A DNA stretch of 62,454 bases, filler included, from Hausera hauseri (lineage: Eukaryota): the NCBI GenBank assembly GCA_046269625.1. It is 10 parts of 10 records of this genome, joined end to end, with 100 filler letters (N's around TTAATTAATTAA, not from the genome) between each part and the next. Parts side by side here need not be neighbours in the genome. Positions count along the whole stretch, not along the records: positions 33,704 to 39,655 come from JBJURY010164087.1; positions 39,756 to 45,761 come from JBJURY010154310.1; positions 45,862 to 53,365 come from JBJURY010010788.1; 7 more parts are not named here. The stretch is one strand, 5' to 3'. The position numbers and the translations under genes are program-made. Under the pieces are notes generated by a model, which did no database searches, was not told the DNA's origin, and was given only the letters and a program-made list of their open reading frames with translations. Of this stretch, positions 33,751-47,020 are shown one piece after another. Position 1 is the stretch's first letter; each line of letters opens with the position of its first letter.

Positions 33751-36700
33751 TTGCCTCATACCCACGTTACTGTACCAGTAAAGTGCATGACGTTGGTGGT
33801 TGTCAGTGCCATGGAGCAATACTATGGCACCACAACGGTGCACAGTAAACGGGCCTGTGTATATTCCGGTTGCTCTATAGCTGATGATCAAATCAACTAT
33901 GAAAAATTTTATAATCACCACCATGGCCATTTAAAGCAGTTTAAGCGGTCAAAAAAACAAATATTAATAGACACCAAAAAGCAGCAGCAGCAGCAACCGC
34001 AGCAGTATTTCCTCAAAAAGTAGGAAACGTCAGGCATCAACAAGCCTTGACAAATACTTGCAAAACAACAGAAATTAAAAACAGCGGAAGGAGCTACAGG
34101 AACAAGAGCAACATGGGGAGGAGCTACGCATTACGGTCATGTACGATCTGAAAAAATCGTACGTGGATATAAAAGTGAACATGTCATCGAAAACAACAAC
34201 AACAACGCAATTGAGACATGTTCCATCCACTGTGCGAAACCAGTTGGAATCTGAAATGGACAAATTCCAACACAACTGCAAAGTTCAGTATTATGCACTT
34301 GCAGAATTTGGAAACGTGCAAGGTGACAGGAAACAATGGTACCTGTAACATCGAGCTGTACCATATACTGAGGATTTTATCGCTGAGATTGGCGAAAAGC
34401 TCGAGAAAATCGCCAATTACACGAAAAAGGGTAGCGGATGGCGAATTGTAAAGATTGTCACTCGGCTTCATCATTGCAAAGTCGAGTGACATGATTTGTT
34501 GGGGAGATCATTCATAGCGCCACCTGCAGCCCTAAAGCACTCTAAAACTGTAGTCAATGTTGAAAATAATAGCGACGAAGACTGTTTTCTTTACATTATT
34601 TTAGCCATATTAAAATATGACGAAGTGCCCAGAAATTGTGAAAATCGGTCAAAACAATATCGTCAGTATTTTTCCGAATTGGACTTTGATGAAAGCTGGA
34701 TGCCCATGAAACTTAAAACCATTCCGGCTTTTGAACGGCGTAATCCAACCTTTTCCGGTACAACTCAGTAAGAGATACCGGCAGATAAGGAAATTTACAA
34801 GAATCCTCACGTGGACATTATCGAAGTCTGAACCCGAATGGACGTCCAATATACCTGCTTCTGTTGGAGCAGGCAAAAAAAATTTATTACGTGGCCGTAA
34901 CAAATTTGGACACACTGCTGAACATTTTTCATAAATAGCTCATCCAAAAACAAATACGGTGAAAATGGTGCCCTATATGTTTGCATGGCTTGAGATCAGA
35001 AGCGATATGGGAAAAACGTAGCGCTATGCAGATGAAACGCATCGGGAACAACAATGTACGTCATGCTCGTCAAAAAGGAGCTGAGATTCAGCGACTGGTC
35101 GAAAACGGACAGTCCGGCATGTGGCCTATGTAGATATTGAAGCAATTCTACCGAGGCACAACGTATACGACCAAAAGCACATTCCAAACGCCGTCGGTAT
35201 GTTACTAATATCAATAAAGGCCACGGGACAACCGCAGTATTACGTATTCCATGGATTGAACTGCGTATGTGATTTCCTGCACCAGTTGGAAGCAATAGTG
35301 GAAGCGGAAATCGCACGGTGGTACAGTAACAACAGCACTAAGCCTTTGATCTGGACATACGAAGACGAACGCCTTACGTTTACAGTCACATAAATGCTAC
35401 CTGTGCCACAAAATATTACCATTCGATAAACAGGAACGGCTCGTACCTGATCACGACCACTTTACTGGACGATACACGGGAGCAGCATGCAATTCATGCA
35501 ATTTAGCACGGCATGTGCGGCTATTCCTGCCGGTGATCTTTCATAACTTCAGGGTTATGATTGTTACCATATTCTTAAATGGGCCATTAATGGATTTCCA
35601 CACTGGGAACTGTTCATAATCCCAACAACGATGGAGAGATACCTGTCTCTGTCGTCACGCATAAACCGGTTCCAGGTGTGATTCTTTGACTCATTACAGT
35701 TCTTCAATGAGTCTGTAGCAAAGCTGGCAAATGCCTTGCAGGATGTGCCGTTAACATCAACGCAGTTTCCGATGCATATTACACGTAGTAAAGGCATATT
35801 CCCGTATGACTGCTGTATCGTACGAGCGGCTTCAGACAACAGAGGAATTGCCGCCTCAGAGGCCCAGTATAACAGAAGATGAATATCGCAGAGCACAAGA
35901 ATCTTGGTCAGAACTCGGTTGCAGAAGCCTATTGGATTACATTCTCCAGTCTCTGAAACTGGACGTGTACTTGCTGGCCGACGTGTTTCAGACATTTGGG
36001 ACTAAGGCGTTGGCGGAGTTGAGCATCGGCTCTGATATCACTGGACCTGGACATTGAGCTGTTGCAAGACCCAGAAATGTACCGACTTTTTGATGTTGGT
36101 ATTCGTGGCGGCGTGACATTTGTCAACAAGCACCACGTAACCAGTGATGATAACACTGCATCACTGCTGTACATTGACATTAATTACCTGTATGGCTGGG
36201 CGCTTTCGCAACCCTTGCCGTACGGTTCATTTGAAGGGTTAACGGACAAGCAAGATCTGGAGGCACTTTTGGAAAATTTACCGAGAGCAGACACGACAGA
36301 AAACAGCTCATTCGGTTACCTGATGGAAGTTGATTTCGTTTTACCCGATGAGTTGCATGACGCTTTGGACCAATTGTCTGTCGCACCAATTAGCCAATAT
36401 CCGTTCGGCGGCTCAAAGGTGAAGAAACTCCTTATGACGCATGAACCGAAGCTGAATTACGTGGTACATTGGCGTCTGCTACAGCTCTACATGCAGCTCG
36501 GTGTACGCGTCACACAGCTGCATCGTGCAATCCGATTTGCTTAGGCTCCTATATTCAAGGCGTACATAGATGGAAATTCTGAGAAACGAGCAGAATCTTG
36601 TACAAAGTTCGATATGACTACTACAAGCTGAAAAACAATTCCCTTTACAGAAAACAGTGGAGAATCTGAAAAAGCAGCTCAATGTATGCCTATGCAATAG

Positions 36701-37402
36701 CGAAAAGCGGTTGGTCACTTACACGAGTAAGGCGCAGTTTCGGCGGTCAATGCACATTGCCGATCGATTGGTTTCAGTGTTGTTAAACCGAGAAGTCGTT
36801 CTGGACCGGCCAAGTTACATCGGACAAGTGGCATTGGAATGACTTGGCACGTTACCGGCAAATGTTCCACGGCTAAGAGATAAGTATCGTTGCCGGTGAC
36901 ACATACAGCTTTTTCCTTGAGCTGAAATACGTCAATCGCGACCAACTGCTCCGGCAAGTGATGGCAGATGGACTACTAGACACGTCCAATTAGGTGCACA
37001 ATCATCCGCTGTATAGGAACGCCATCACGAACAAAATCGGCTGCTTCAAGGATAAAAGCGAAGGCCGTGTTTAGTACCGAGAATGGATATTCCTGCGCCC
37101 TAAGTGCCACAGTCTCCTGACGGACTGTGGACCGAAAATGCGCGCAAAAGGCATTCAGCTGTCTTAGACGGAAATAAGCCACGGTGATTATTGCCGTATC
37201 TATGAAGCAGCATCAGAAGACGGAGTACGACGAGGAGGAGGAGGAGGACAATCAATGGCTGTGTGTCAAACGACCATACGATCGATTGATCAGCAGCTGT
37301 GTATACTATAACACAAAAATCGCTTTGTCATGTAATGATGATAAGCGAAAGTGGGTGGGGCGAAATAAGAGTTGAGCATATGGTTACTGGCGTTTGAAAT
37401 AA
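33751..37402 (+). pseudogene. Polinton protein-primed family B DNA polymerase with endonuclease VII-like domain (copy 1)
   Basis: KGSGW, VVNVEN..DCFLY, DHDHFTGRYTGAACNSCNL, FHNFRGYD, FDSLQF, KGIFPYD, DVYLLADVF, GIRGG, YIDINYLYGWALS, KLKNNSLY.KTVEN, DDKR; many frameshifts. Confidence 0.92.
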
Positions 37403-38079
37403 CACACAATGATTCCTTATGTGCTCTGACGATTCGAGGTAGACAGTTAGTCATTTGTACATTGTAACAATTACTGAAATCTTGTGATTTTTATTGTTGT
37501 TATGCCACAATAATGTATTTTTGTTGATCGGCTTTTCGTTCTGTTTTATAGTTATTTAATTTTCTTCATATTAAATGATGACTAAGAAAACGTTAGTTAT
37601 AATTAAATTTTAATACAGTATTAAGGAGTCAATTTAACACTATAAATGCAAATAAGTTTATCAAACATTAATCATAAATCACAAAATCACGTCAAATCAA
37701 ACTGAATTTTACCATTTTTCACATAGTGGATTTCACGAACATCATCTTGTTGCCTTTCAGCTTCAGTGTTAAGTAGCTTTTAGCTCCTTCGGCTGGCAAT
37801 GCTGCTGGTGCCTCTCCATTTGAACGCACAATGTTCCGCATATTGCCCTTGAGAAAAATGATTGTTTTCTTCATCGAAATTTATTGTCGTAGAGAGAGCG
37901 AGGGATGTAAAGAGACGGTGTGAAATTAAATTATGCCGCTATGTATAACTGTCTAACACGTTGTTTGTTTATATTACAAACGTGTCAACATTGAGTATTT
38001 ACATAGTCAATGTAACAAATTTCCTCAATAAACTCCACGAAGCTGTTGGGTTACACATTACAAAAGTCAATGTATTCAT

Positions 38080-38546
38080 TTATTCATAATAAATGTGCAC
38101 AATTTCCATTATAGCACATTTACATTCCAGACATTGGTGGGTTACTTTGGTGGAACACATTTGACAAACGAGATGGCCGCACATTAAGAATACCGTATCC
38201 ACTTTTCTTTGTTTACATAGTACACACATAAACTGACAGTCTTGTACTTTTTCCATTATGTTCTCTTTCAAATTCGTTAATTCACCGCGTAGTTTTCAAC
38301 AGTATTAAAGTAATTTGTATTATACAATCGGTGAATGTACATTTGATTTAACACAATAATTAGATTTTCTATACAGTTACAATCTGTTGCTGTCATCAAT
38401 GCTATTGACGCTAAATCTTTAAATCTAAAATAACCTGCTGCTCGCGCAATCAGCTCACTATCAAGTATTTACCACCATCATACCAAGTCGGAAATTGACA
38501 ATCCATCAAAATTTTGTAATTGCTTCAGTTGATTAACTATTTCCAT
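38080..38546 (-). pseudogene. IAP-type C3HC4 RING-finger ORF (probable Polinton accessory gene)
   Basis: CVLCKQRKVDTVFLMCGHLVCQMCSTKVTHQCLECKCAIMEIVHIY at the C-terminus. Confidence 0.75.
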
Positions 38547-38665
38547 GACGGTGATTGTTATTACTATAACTTACCCGTATTTATAGTTTTGAATTATTCA
38601 ACTGACCAATACGGTGGACCTTATTTACGGAAACAAAAATAGAAGAAACAGAGAAATACATTTAT

Positions 38666-39156
38666 TTATTTGCATGAAATATAGTCAATACAAAGCCGTA
38701 GATATTTTTAAGCACAATTCAGACCATGATCGCGATACGGACATATAATATTATCAGGTACCATCGCCAGCAAGCTATTCGATGTTATTGTTAAATACGT
38801 CGTCATTCGCAACTCGGGAAACTGTGAATGGAGTTGTGTAAATTTAGTCCGTCAATTTGATCTTTAATATAAAATATTGTATTTTCAATGTCAAAACTAT
38901 CACAAATGTCTCCCATAATACATGTCACACAGAAAATCGAATTGCCTTCATATCAATGAAGTACATGACGATGTCGAAAGAGAAATACGTTTGTAAATTT
39001 AGCCTTTTCCGTCAGGTTATTCCACACAACACCGGTCTTGAATACGTACACAAACGGTTTGAAAATGTTACTGGCACCCATAATGAATAATTCCTTTATT
39101 ATGTACCGGGTATTATCATCTTGGAAAGCTTCAATATCTATAAATCCTGTCGCCAT
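38666..39156 (-). pseudogene. DEDD/RNase H-fold-like accessory ORF of the type seen in invertebrate Polintons
   Basis: FIDIEAFQDDNTRYIIKEL..YVFK..W..L.EKAKFTN.FL.RH.H.L; C-terminal CPYRDHGLNCA. Confidence 0.55.
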
Positions 39157-39231
39157 TACCTATCATGTACAAAATCATTTTTTGTTTATAACACAAACAA
39201 AACAACTAACTATTATTATCGTCACAAATCA

Positions 39232-39655
39232 CTAAACATAGGCGGTTTTTCCTATATCACCAAAGCCAAATTCTTTCCGTTTATTTCGTGTTGTCGGTTC
39301 ATTGACACAAAACAGCCTCCATTGTTCCGGTGATATTACACTGAATTCCGCCTTCACACAGCAAAGAAAAACGATTTGTGCGATTGCATTGCCTTCCAAA
39401 AAAGCACACGGTTCGCCCGATTGGTTTTCCAGCAACACCTTAATTTCACCACGAAAGTCTGAATCAATGACGCCGTTCACAACCGTCATTCCAAGATTTG
39501 CCAATCCGCTTTTTGATAAAAGTTGAATAGCCAATCGAATCCCAGTCGTTATGCATTTCATTGTGCTATCCGGAATTATCGTATTGACATTGGAAAACAC
39601 ATTGTAGCCTGCACTGTTTGATCTAACACGTCTCGGTACAAAGGAATTTTTGTCT
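39232..39655 (-). pseudogene. dut: dUTPase (trimeric type), internally deleted
   Basis: TGIRL, SKSGLA, GVIDSDFRGEIKVLL, GNAIAQIV, R..GFG motifs. Confidence 0.9.
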
Positions 39656-39755
39656 NNNNNNNNNNNNNNNNNNNNNNNNNNNNNNNNNNNNNNNNNNNNT
39701 TAATTAATTAANNNNNNNNNNNNNNNNNNNNNNNNNNNNNNNNNNNNNNNNNNNN

Positions 39756-40560
39756 TTGTATGTAAACCCGTTTAATTTGATTTTGGTAATTTTCGCAGCC
39801 ATTGATAACGGAGGGCTGCTCTCCGGGGGATTATCTCCACCATTAATTCCGTGGCCTTGAACAAACAAACAGATTTTAACATTCATCCATACATCATGAC
39901 CCCTGGCAAGGCCCATCAAACCGAAGAAACAACAATAACAATTAACAATACTATTCACAGAACATTCAAGTACCTTCGACAATCCACAGACAATCAAATG
40001 TTCGTTGGTAGACGGACTCTTGATATCTAATAATTTGTAAAGATCGGTACTTTCTAAGACATTAATGCTCTCATCAATTAATTCAGGTCCTTTCTGCAGA
40101 TCTCTTCTCAAGTCAACTTTAGATTGGTTGCCTATATCCTTCTTGACATATCCGAATAACTGATGATTTACGGTTCTCAGTTTCAATATCTTCAGGTTAT
40201 AATCGCCCTTTTCAGTATCATCTTCCCGGTTAATGAGTGAGGAAGAACATTTAGATAGTTCCTTGTAAACTTGGATTTCGCTCCCATCGACACTACATAT
40301 AAATATATATCCAAATTTACTATCTCCAATAACGTTCGATTGTAATTGTATACAACGTTCTTGGGACAGAGTTTCACCTTCATATTTCTTCGGTCTTTTC
40401 CCAATTAAATCTTTACTCCCTCTCGGTGAGGTTCGAGATGCGTAAACTACAAATGTTTCCACGACGTTATGTGTATTTCTTTTTCCATCTTTCCCAATAT
40501 TTATAACGGATTCTGTTATTGTAGATTTTGTCTGTATCACGATTTTGTGATCAGACATTA
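39756..40560 (-). CDS. Uninterrupted orphan ORF (>260 codons), truncated at the contig end
   Basis: Open frame in a region where most coding remnants are broken; no motif recognised. Confidence 0.35.
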
Positions 40561-40949
40561 CCATTATTTTCAAGATTAAAAAAAAATTCAATTTGTCAAT
40601 TATTTTTTGTCAATTTCATCGTAGTTATATCGCCTTGGTAGTTTATATATTATATTTATGTATATGAATATATATGTATTTAACCTAAATCCGACACTCA
40701 AAGAGCGAAATTTATCGAAATTTTCTTTTCAATTTACTTCCCATTTTGCTGCTCATGTTATGTCAAAGTTGAAACCCATTTTGTTATTCATATTACGTTC
40801 CCTATACCTGGTATCTGATCTTCATTTTCCTTTTTGTCGTTCATGTTATGTCGAGGTGTTATTTATTCCTAATTAATTTTGAATCCATCCTTCATTTCTG
40901 GATACAACCCAATTTCAACTTTCTTTTCGGTCGGTAAATATTCAACTCT

Positions 40950-42127
40950 CTTTACCATATTTATTCAAATGACGGAATTTTCATAACTGTGTCTGAATAA
41001 TTATACTATACACATTCCGCTGAGTAGTATCCAACTTCGAAGTGAATCGAAAACCTTGTCCACTTGACAGATGTTTTACCAGTTCAATTTCATCGATATT
41101 GCAAAATTCCTTTTGTATTTCTTCATAGAGTTTTATTCGTTTCGACAAACGAATGGGTTTGACCATTTCGGAGTTGACAATAACTTGTTCGATATGGTTC
41201 GGGCACATCTAGCGTTCGACTTGTGGAGGTAATTGGACGATCGGCAGATCGAGACAGTCCAAAAGAAATTAAAAGGACAGTAATCACATTGTATCAGAGT
41301 TCTTTAGAAGCACATCCTGGAACATTCAGAACACGTAACGACTAGACGAGGCACAGCGTCATTCTCAATAGAATTAATAGATTTCACTTTCATCTCTGCG
41401 TGTGTTTTGATCGAATTTGATAATTTTATTTCAGGTATCCGATTTTTCGGAAATTCAAACTCTTTCGGATTAATACTTGAACAGCGTCTCGGAGATTTTG
41501 TAATGCAATTAAGTGTTTATTGGAAAACGAATCCGACGTCTTCATTCGTTTACTTGGGATATCTTCGGACACTTCAGCCGTAATTTAAGATGACACCGAA
41601 CTGCCACTATTGGTCAATTTTTACCGACATCAATGTTGCCCTACAGCCATTTCCAAATGTACCAGCATCGTTTTTACTGGTAACACTTCTAATTGAACAC
41701 TTATCATCCGTTTCCTTCATTATTGCTGTGCGACGATTATAGTACCAAACACCCACCGGTGCATCTTCGTTATCAATCGATGGATCGAGACCCTAAATGG
41801 AAACTGGCTAGACATCTGTCACAACCCAATCGTTCGCCCTCTGACGTAATACAATTATCACAGTAATTATGAGAATTCGTTTTCTCTAACCAGAACTATT
41901 ACTTTTCATCACTCGTCCCCATCATCATTGGCAAATCTTGTCCATTATGACTAGAAAAGTTATTGCTTAACAAATCATTACCACTCGTCAATGCATGAAG
42001 TGATTTCAAATGAAATTTTCCCGGATCTTGTACTCCCAGTCGTTTCCACCGATGGCGGTTTAAATCTCCGTTGAATATCGTCGATGAGACTTTCCGATTT
42101 GGACAAATCTATCTCGAATGTTGTCAT
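40950..42127 (-). pseudogene. PHF12: PHF12 (Pf1)-like double PHD-finger gene fragment
   Basis: MTTFEIDLSKSESLIDDIQRRFKPP; NSHNYCDNC..GCDRCLASFHL..LDP..PVGVW; NPKEFEFP; CSECSRMC..LIQCDYCP..DCLD..MCPNHIEQ. Confidence 0.85.
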
Positions 42128-42239
42128 ATAGAGATAGAAATATTCATGCAATTATAAAACAATGACGACTGTCTACATCTTACTACTCTCGGCGAACTAT
42201 GATTATCGTCGTCTCTCAGTCGTCTGAACCCCGCCAGGG

Positions 42240-42438
42240 GTCATGCATCCATTATTTTACGCATTCTATTTTTATATCACGCACATTCATTCAACCAACA
42301 TGACCACCTATTTATACACATTCACACACATATATACACTATATATTTATATATACACTATATACATCTTATGCATCCCCTATACCTCTTCTGTTGAAAG
42401 TCGACCGGATTCCCCAACTAGTCAATCTGGTTCCAACA
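42240..42438 (-). repeat. LTR fragment (third family); second copy at 45862-46079
   Basis: Shared catcccctatacctct..gttgaa..tcgaccggattccccaacta..ggttc; begins TG on the minus strand, preceded by AGGGG at ~42439. Confidence 0.65.
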
Positions 42439-43229
42439 CCCCTAGTAGTCGAGAATAAGAAAGTTCGATTGGATTGGTCAAAAATATTAGATAAAAATGT
42501 TTTGAAAGATAAATATAATTTACAGAGGAAACCTACGATGAATGTTAATAAAACGAAAGAGAAAGTTATCGAACGGTATCCGATCAACGAATTTGCAAAG
42601 AGAGAAGAGGATATCACGCTAAGTGGAGATAAAATAAAGCTGAAAGTTGTTGCACAAGATCAAGTGACCTACATGACAAGGCAAGTGTTAGTTGATGTGA
42701 TATGTTACGTTAATATTAAAATTTACCGTCACTGTTTCCCCCTTGTTTCCGTGGGTGTCGTTGGGGGTTGTATGTTTGATAAACTCAGAATGTTTGAGTT
42801 GATGCAAGTATTTAATGGTGGAATTATTCCCCTGCGGAGAGACACCGCGATAACAACGGTCGAGTATGCATGTCAAGTTAAACTTAATGTTTTTTCATAT
42901 GAGTATATCTTGGATAAGGGATATAGGGGATTTATGGGGATATATAAATTGATCTTCATGATGTTAAAACCGAGTTTCAGAAGAGACAGGAGTGATCGTG
43001 AGGTGAACGTCTGTGTGATACGTGTTCTAATAGAAAAGGAAGGGGATTTCGCGGGTAACACACAAAATTTTACAATTAAAGTGTGTTGTTTGACTCGGGA
43101 TCCTTTAATGAGGAATAATGAGAATTCAAATGGGCCCAGGGAGGAAATGATGAAAATTGCGTCAAGGGAAGAATTTTACGACGGATTGGTGGGTTGTTGT
43201 AAAAGAGATATGTACAATATATTCTATCA

Positions 43230-43445
43230 TTTCAATATAAAACATCCAGCATGGTACCTTTTATTGTTACTTCGTCCTGTTTTGCTATTGCCAATAGTGA
43301 TATATATCTGCTAAACTGGTCTATGATGGCCAATATGTATTTTTTCTTCCAGGTTTCTTTTAACGGTCCGCAAATGTCAATGTAATTCTTCTCGAATGAT
43401 TCGTTCGCAGTTAGTCTCAGGATCTCTTCATTCGTATATAGGCTG
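43230..43445 (-). mobile_element. Gypsy integrase core fragment
   Basis: ESFEKNYIDICGPLKETWKKKYILAIIDQFSRYISL. Confidence 0.75.
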
Positions 43446-43760
43446 TTTATTGATTTAACTTTGAATTGAATTTAAACATTAATATTCGTTTAAATTCCTC
43501 CTCACACAGCGCACACGCATTCATCACATGATTGTTGTTGATAACAAAAATTCTTCATTGTTTTCACGTTTTTCATGTCTTCATGTTTTATTTACTTGTG
43601 ATTCTAATTTATTTTATGATATTGCATTAAATTAAACATTTTGATACACGAATACAACAAATAAACAGTTCGTCACATTATGTTCTTGTATAATAATACC
43701 GCAAATTTTAATGTGTATCACTAACAACAATTCAAAACAACACATTTGGATATTTTCGTC

Positions 43761-44036
43761 ACTTGTTCGTTTCTCCTTCACCATATTTAAGATTTTTGAA
43801 CTTTGACAAAATTTTCGTTCATTTTCTCAAGTTAATGTTCTTTTATTATTCGATTTTTAGTGGGTTTTTATGTTCTGTCAAACTAAATTGCATTGTTATT
43901 AAAATCGCATATTTTCACTCATGGACATGACTAAGCACAGACTATAGACCAAATATTCTATTCAGCTCGAGAAGAGGTAATGAAAATTTGCCAAAGTTCA
44001 AAATTTCTAAACATAGTGGGGGAGATTTGAACAAGT
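43761..44036. repeat. Degenerate ~57-bp inverted repeat pair (MITE-like)
   Basis: The reverse complement of 43761-43818 matches 43980-44036 (aaagttcaaaa..taaa.at.gtg..ggaga...gaacaagt). Confidence 0.65.
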
Positions 44037-44159
44037 TTCTCTATACCGTATAAATAAAATATTCGTCGTTGTAACAAGTTGTGACCACTGTAAACGTAAA
44101 ATGGAATTTATAATAAAATCAGACTCATAACCCTAACATCACCGGAACACGGTTCACTC

Positions 44160-44628
44160 ACTCTAATATGTCAAGTTCCTCTTCACTTTGTTTTAATTGT
44201 AATTCTTGCTTAGCGATAACCAAATTGGCACAGTCCTGACACATAGGATGATCTATTGCACTTCGACCACTCATATACTTGAATATGGCATTAGCAACCT
44301 TAAAACCGTTGATATTCATCATCCCCGTTAACAACTGAAGAAACCTGGATCCTTCTTGAAAAGTCAGAAGCAGTTCCCATTATCGATGTGTCAGGTAAGA
44401 CGTCGATAATACTGTGCGATTCATGAGTTTGTGTAACTGGAATTATAATGTCCGATATATCATTTATTATTGCCTCGTCAGTAGGAGGTTCTGAATATGG
44501 AAAACTAACACATAAAATATATATTTGCGATGCAAATATATACCCATCAAATCAATAATACCATCCGTGTTTAATGGATTAGAACACCTTTTACAAGTCA
44601 TTAAAACTCTCGATGGTACTGTTTCCAT
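44160..44628 (-). pseudogene. BECN1: Beclin-1/Atg6 N-terminal fragment with a ~53-bp GT-AG intron
   Basis: MTCKRCSNPLNTD; KVANAIFKYMSGRSAIDHPMCQDCANLVI..QLKQSEEE; intron 44491-44543; one frameshift. Confidence 0.8.
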
Positions 44629-44951
44629 TGGTCTACAATAAAAATAAAAGAATAAATAAATGTATTGGCGCAAAATGTCATTTGGAAACATTACTTAACA
44701 ACACAAAGAAACCATATAAGACAAAACAAGACAAAATGAAAAGATCAAACGCATTTATCATCTTTATTTCAAAAAAAAAGAATGAAATGAAATTTCAAAA
44801 GCAATACAACAGTACCAATATACAATTGAAACATTGTGACAATACTCAGTAGTAATCACGACGAGGATTGTTCTAAAAGGAAACTTCATTAGAAATACAT
44901 TTCATTAATGAACAATAAAGTATAGATGAACCGGGAATACGTCAATAGTCA

Positions 44952-45734
44952 TCAAATTCCCAGTAGAAAGGTAATTTTGTAACATGTGTCCCCTAAAAAA
45001 GTTTTCAAAAAAGTGTTCCAATTCTTAAAATAAATTGACGGAATGGTTTTTGATTTCTGTTTGATTCTTCGTACAAGTTGCTGTTCATTTTCGGCGGTCC
45101 AGCCATTTTCGTACACCTTAAACTTAAAGTGGGTCCAGAAGGGCTCAATTGCGCGGATCTGTGCTGCACAAAATGGAATTTTCTCTTTGGGATTGAATGG
45201 TCTTTTTTTGCTTTCCAACCACTCGAATGTGGCACAGGCATAGTGACACGAGGTTAGGTCAGGCCAAAAGATGTAATGTCTTCTGGGATAGACAATGGAG
45301 AGAAATGGTGATAAATGCTTTTTTAACCATCCATTCACGTAAATTGTAGAATTGAGAGCAAGTGAATTGGACTTGCGAATCAACAAAGAAAAAATTCCAC
45401 GCTTGGAAACGGCAGCCCAAACTAAGATTTTGTGGCTGTTTTTATCTGCTGCTGAGATGTACAAGCCTTCTTGCTGAGATCCAGTTAGAGTAAAATAGGA
45501 TTCATCATCTAACACAAGGCCGGTCCTTGAGTGTTCAACGACAAAATCCTTCAGAACTTGAATGCGCTCATCTTGACGAATGCGCTGGTCAGGTGTCAAT
45601 TTTGGAGCCTCTACGTTTTCTATAGATGATTTTCTCTTTCTGAAGTAATCTCGACGCATGTGTCTTGGAAAGATTAAATTTCCTTCCAAGCTTTCGAAGG
45701 TTTTGGCCTGTCTTTCCAATTGCAGCAGAAACAA
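44952..45734 (-). mobile_element. IS630-Tc1-mariner transposase, DD37E type (degenerate)
   Basis: LDDESYF, FWPDLTSCHY, QIRAIEPFW; 37 residues counted between the second D and the E. Confidence 0.88.
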
Positions 45735-45861
45735 GGCGTTTACAACGGCTTTCAGGCATTTNNNNNNNNNNNNNNNNNNNNNNNNNNNNNNNNNNNNNNN
45801 NNNNNTTAATTAATTAANNNNNNNNNNNNNNNNNNNNNNNNNNNNNNNNNNNNNNNNNNNN

Positions 45862-46079
45862 TTATTTACACACTCTTTCAACAATTTAACCTATAACAAC
45901 CCGATTTTTAACAACCAGTACACACAGTGCAACCAACTATGAACCCACATATTTATAAACATACATACACACATATATACACTATATATAGTTTTATATA
46001 ATTACATTATATACATCCCCTATACCTCTCGCGTTGAAGTTCGACCGGATTCCCCAACTATACAGTCGGGTTCTAGCAG
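45862..46079 (-). repeat. LTR fragment (same family as 42240-42438) abutting and truncating the glycoprotein ORF
   Basis: Similarity to 42300-42438; TG start on the minus strand at ~46079. Confidence 0.6.
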
Positions 46080-47020
46080 ATGTGCTTAGAATATGCGATG
46101 TAGTAATGTATGCCACTAATTACGAAGCGTTCTTCGTACTTGAGACTGAGACAAACGCCAAAACATTCAAGTTCGAGTGTCAAGNNNNNNNNNNATTGAG
46201 GATTATTTGAAAAATACCTACGACTATTTCTACTACAAAGGGTAGGTCGGAATTACTGAATTATACCACAAAATGATAACGAACGACTGCAAACTAGACT
46301 TAGAAGTCATGAGAACTAAACTGGCTTTAATATATGCCAATCCCGAGCTAGCGTCAGCAATAAATCCGATGAAAAAAGGCATTTTTGGTGAAGTAACCTG
46401 AGAAGTTTTACTGACTTATGAACGCGAGAAAAAAGATGTACCCATTAATGTGGAAGAGAACAGATGCATACGAGAACTTCCGGTAATATATCAGGACACA
46501 CTGAGATTAGTAACGCCAATTACTAGAGTGTTACTGGCAGATAGGTGGGATAATTACGCCGCCCCCCAAGTTAACAGGAACAAATTTAGTAAAAGGAATA
46601 ACTGATGATAAGTTTTCAGGTACTGCGGCGAAAGGTATTTACCGACCAAAAGAAGTGGAAGCATTTATACAATTTCTCGCTTTCCTACACCAGCGCACAC
46701 ATGAAATAAACAGAATTATGCATACGATACTAGAGGATTTACGTTATCAAGCGAAATGGAAATTGTTACTTGGTGTTAACTACTATCAAAGGGTGACTAC
46801 CGAAATATTGTATAAAATTTGGGAAAGGTTTCTAATATTCAAACAGGCCGCATTAGGATTTCTAGCCATATATTTTTAATTCAAGTGGTTAAAGCGATAA
46901 TACAGGAGATTATAATCGGATATGAGATATTCACTTTGATATGATTCTTATGTAAGATTTTAACAGCTACTAACACACCTTTGGGCAAGTTCTTAAAGGC
47001 GTACGAAGAAAATAGGTGGA
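46080..47020 (+). pseudogene. env: Chuvirus-like (class III, gB-type) envelope glycoprotein, C-terminal half
   Basis: ICDVVMYATNYEAFFVLE..LYHKMITNDCKLDLEVMRTKLALIYANPELA..GIFGEVT*EVLLTYE..V.INVEENRCIRELPVIY..LVTPITRVL..AKGIY..KIWERFLIF..GFLAIYF..VVKAII..IIGY follows the recalled chuvirus G motif order; mostly absent from the ORF track. Confidence 0.8.

Noticed and set aside
42394-43314. 306-aa plus-strand ORF as a real gene
   Set aside because: It starts inside an LTR fragment and ends antisense to an integrase fragment; probably a chance read-through of a mosaic
14500-44628. Host fragments as a selected defence-gene set (TDRD7, ZNFX1, ASCC3, Beclin-1)
   Set aside because: Housekeeping fragments (BIG1, NUP35, PP2A-A, PHF12) are equally present and lie on different contigs; enrichment cannot be shown
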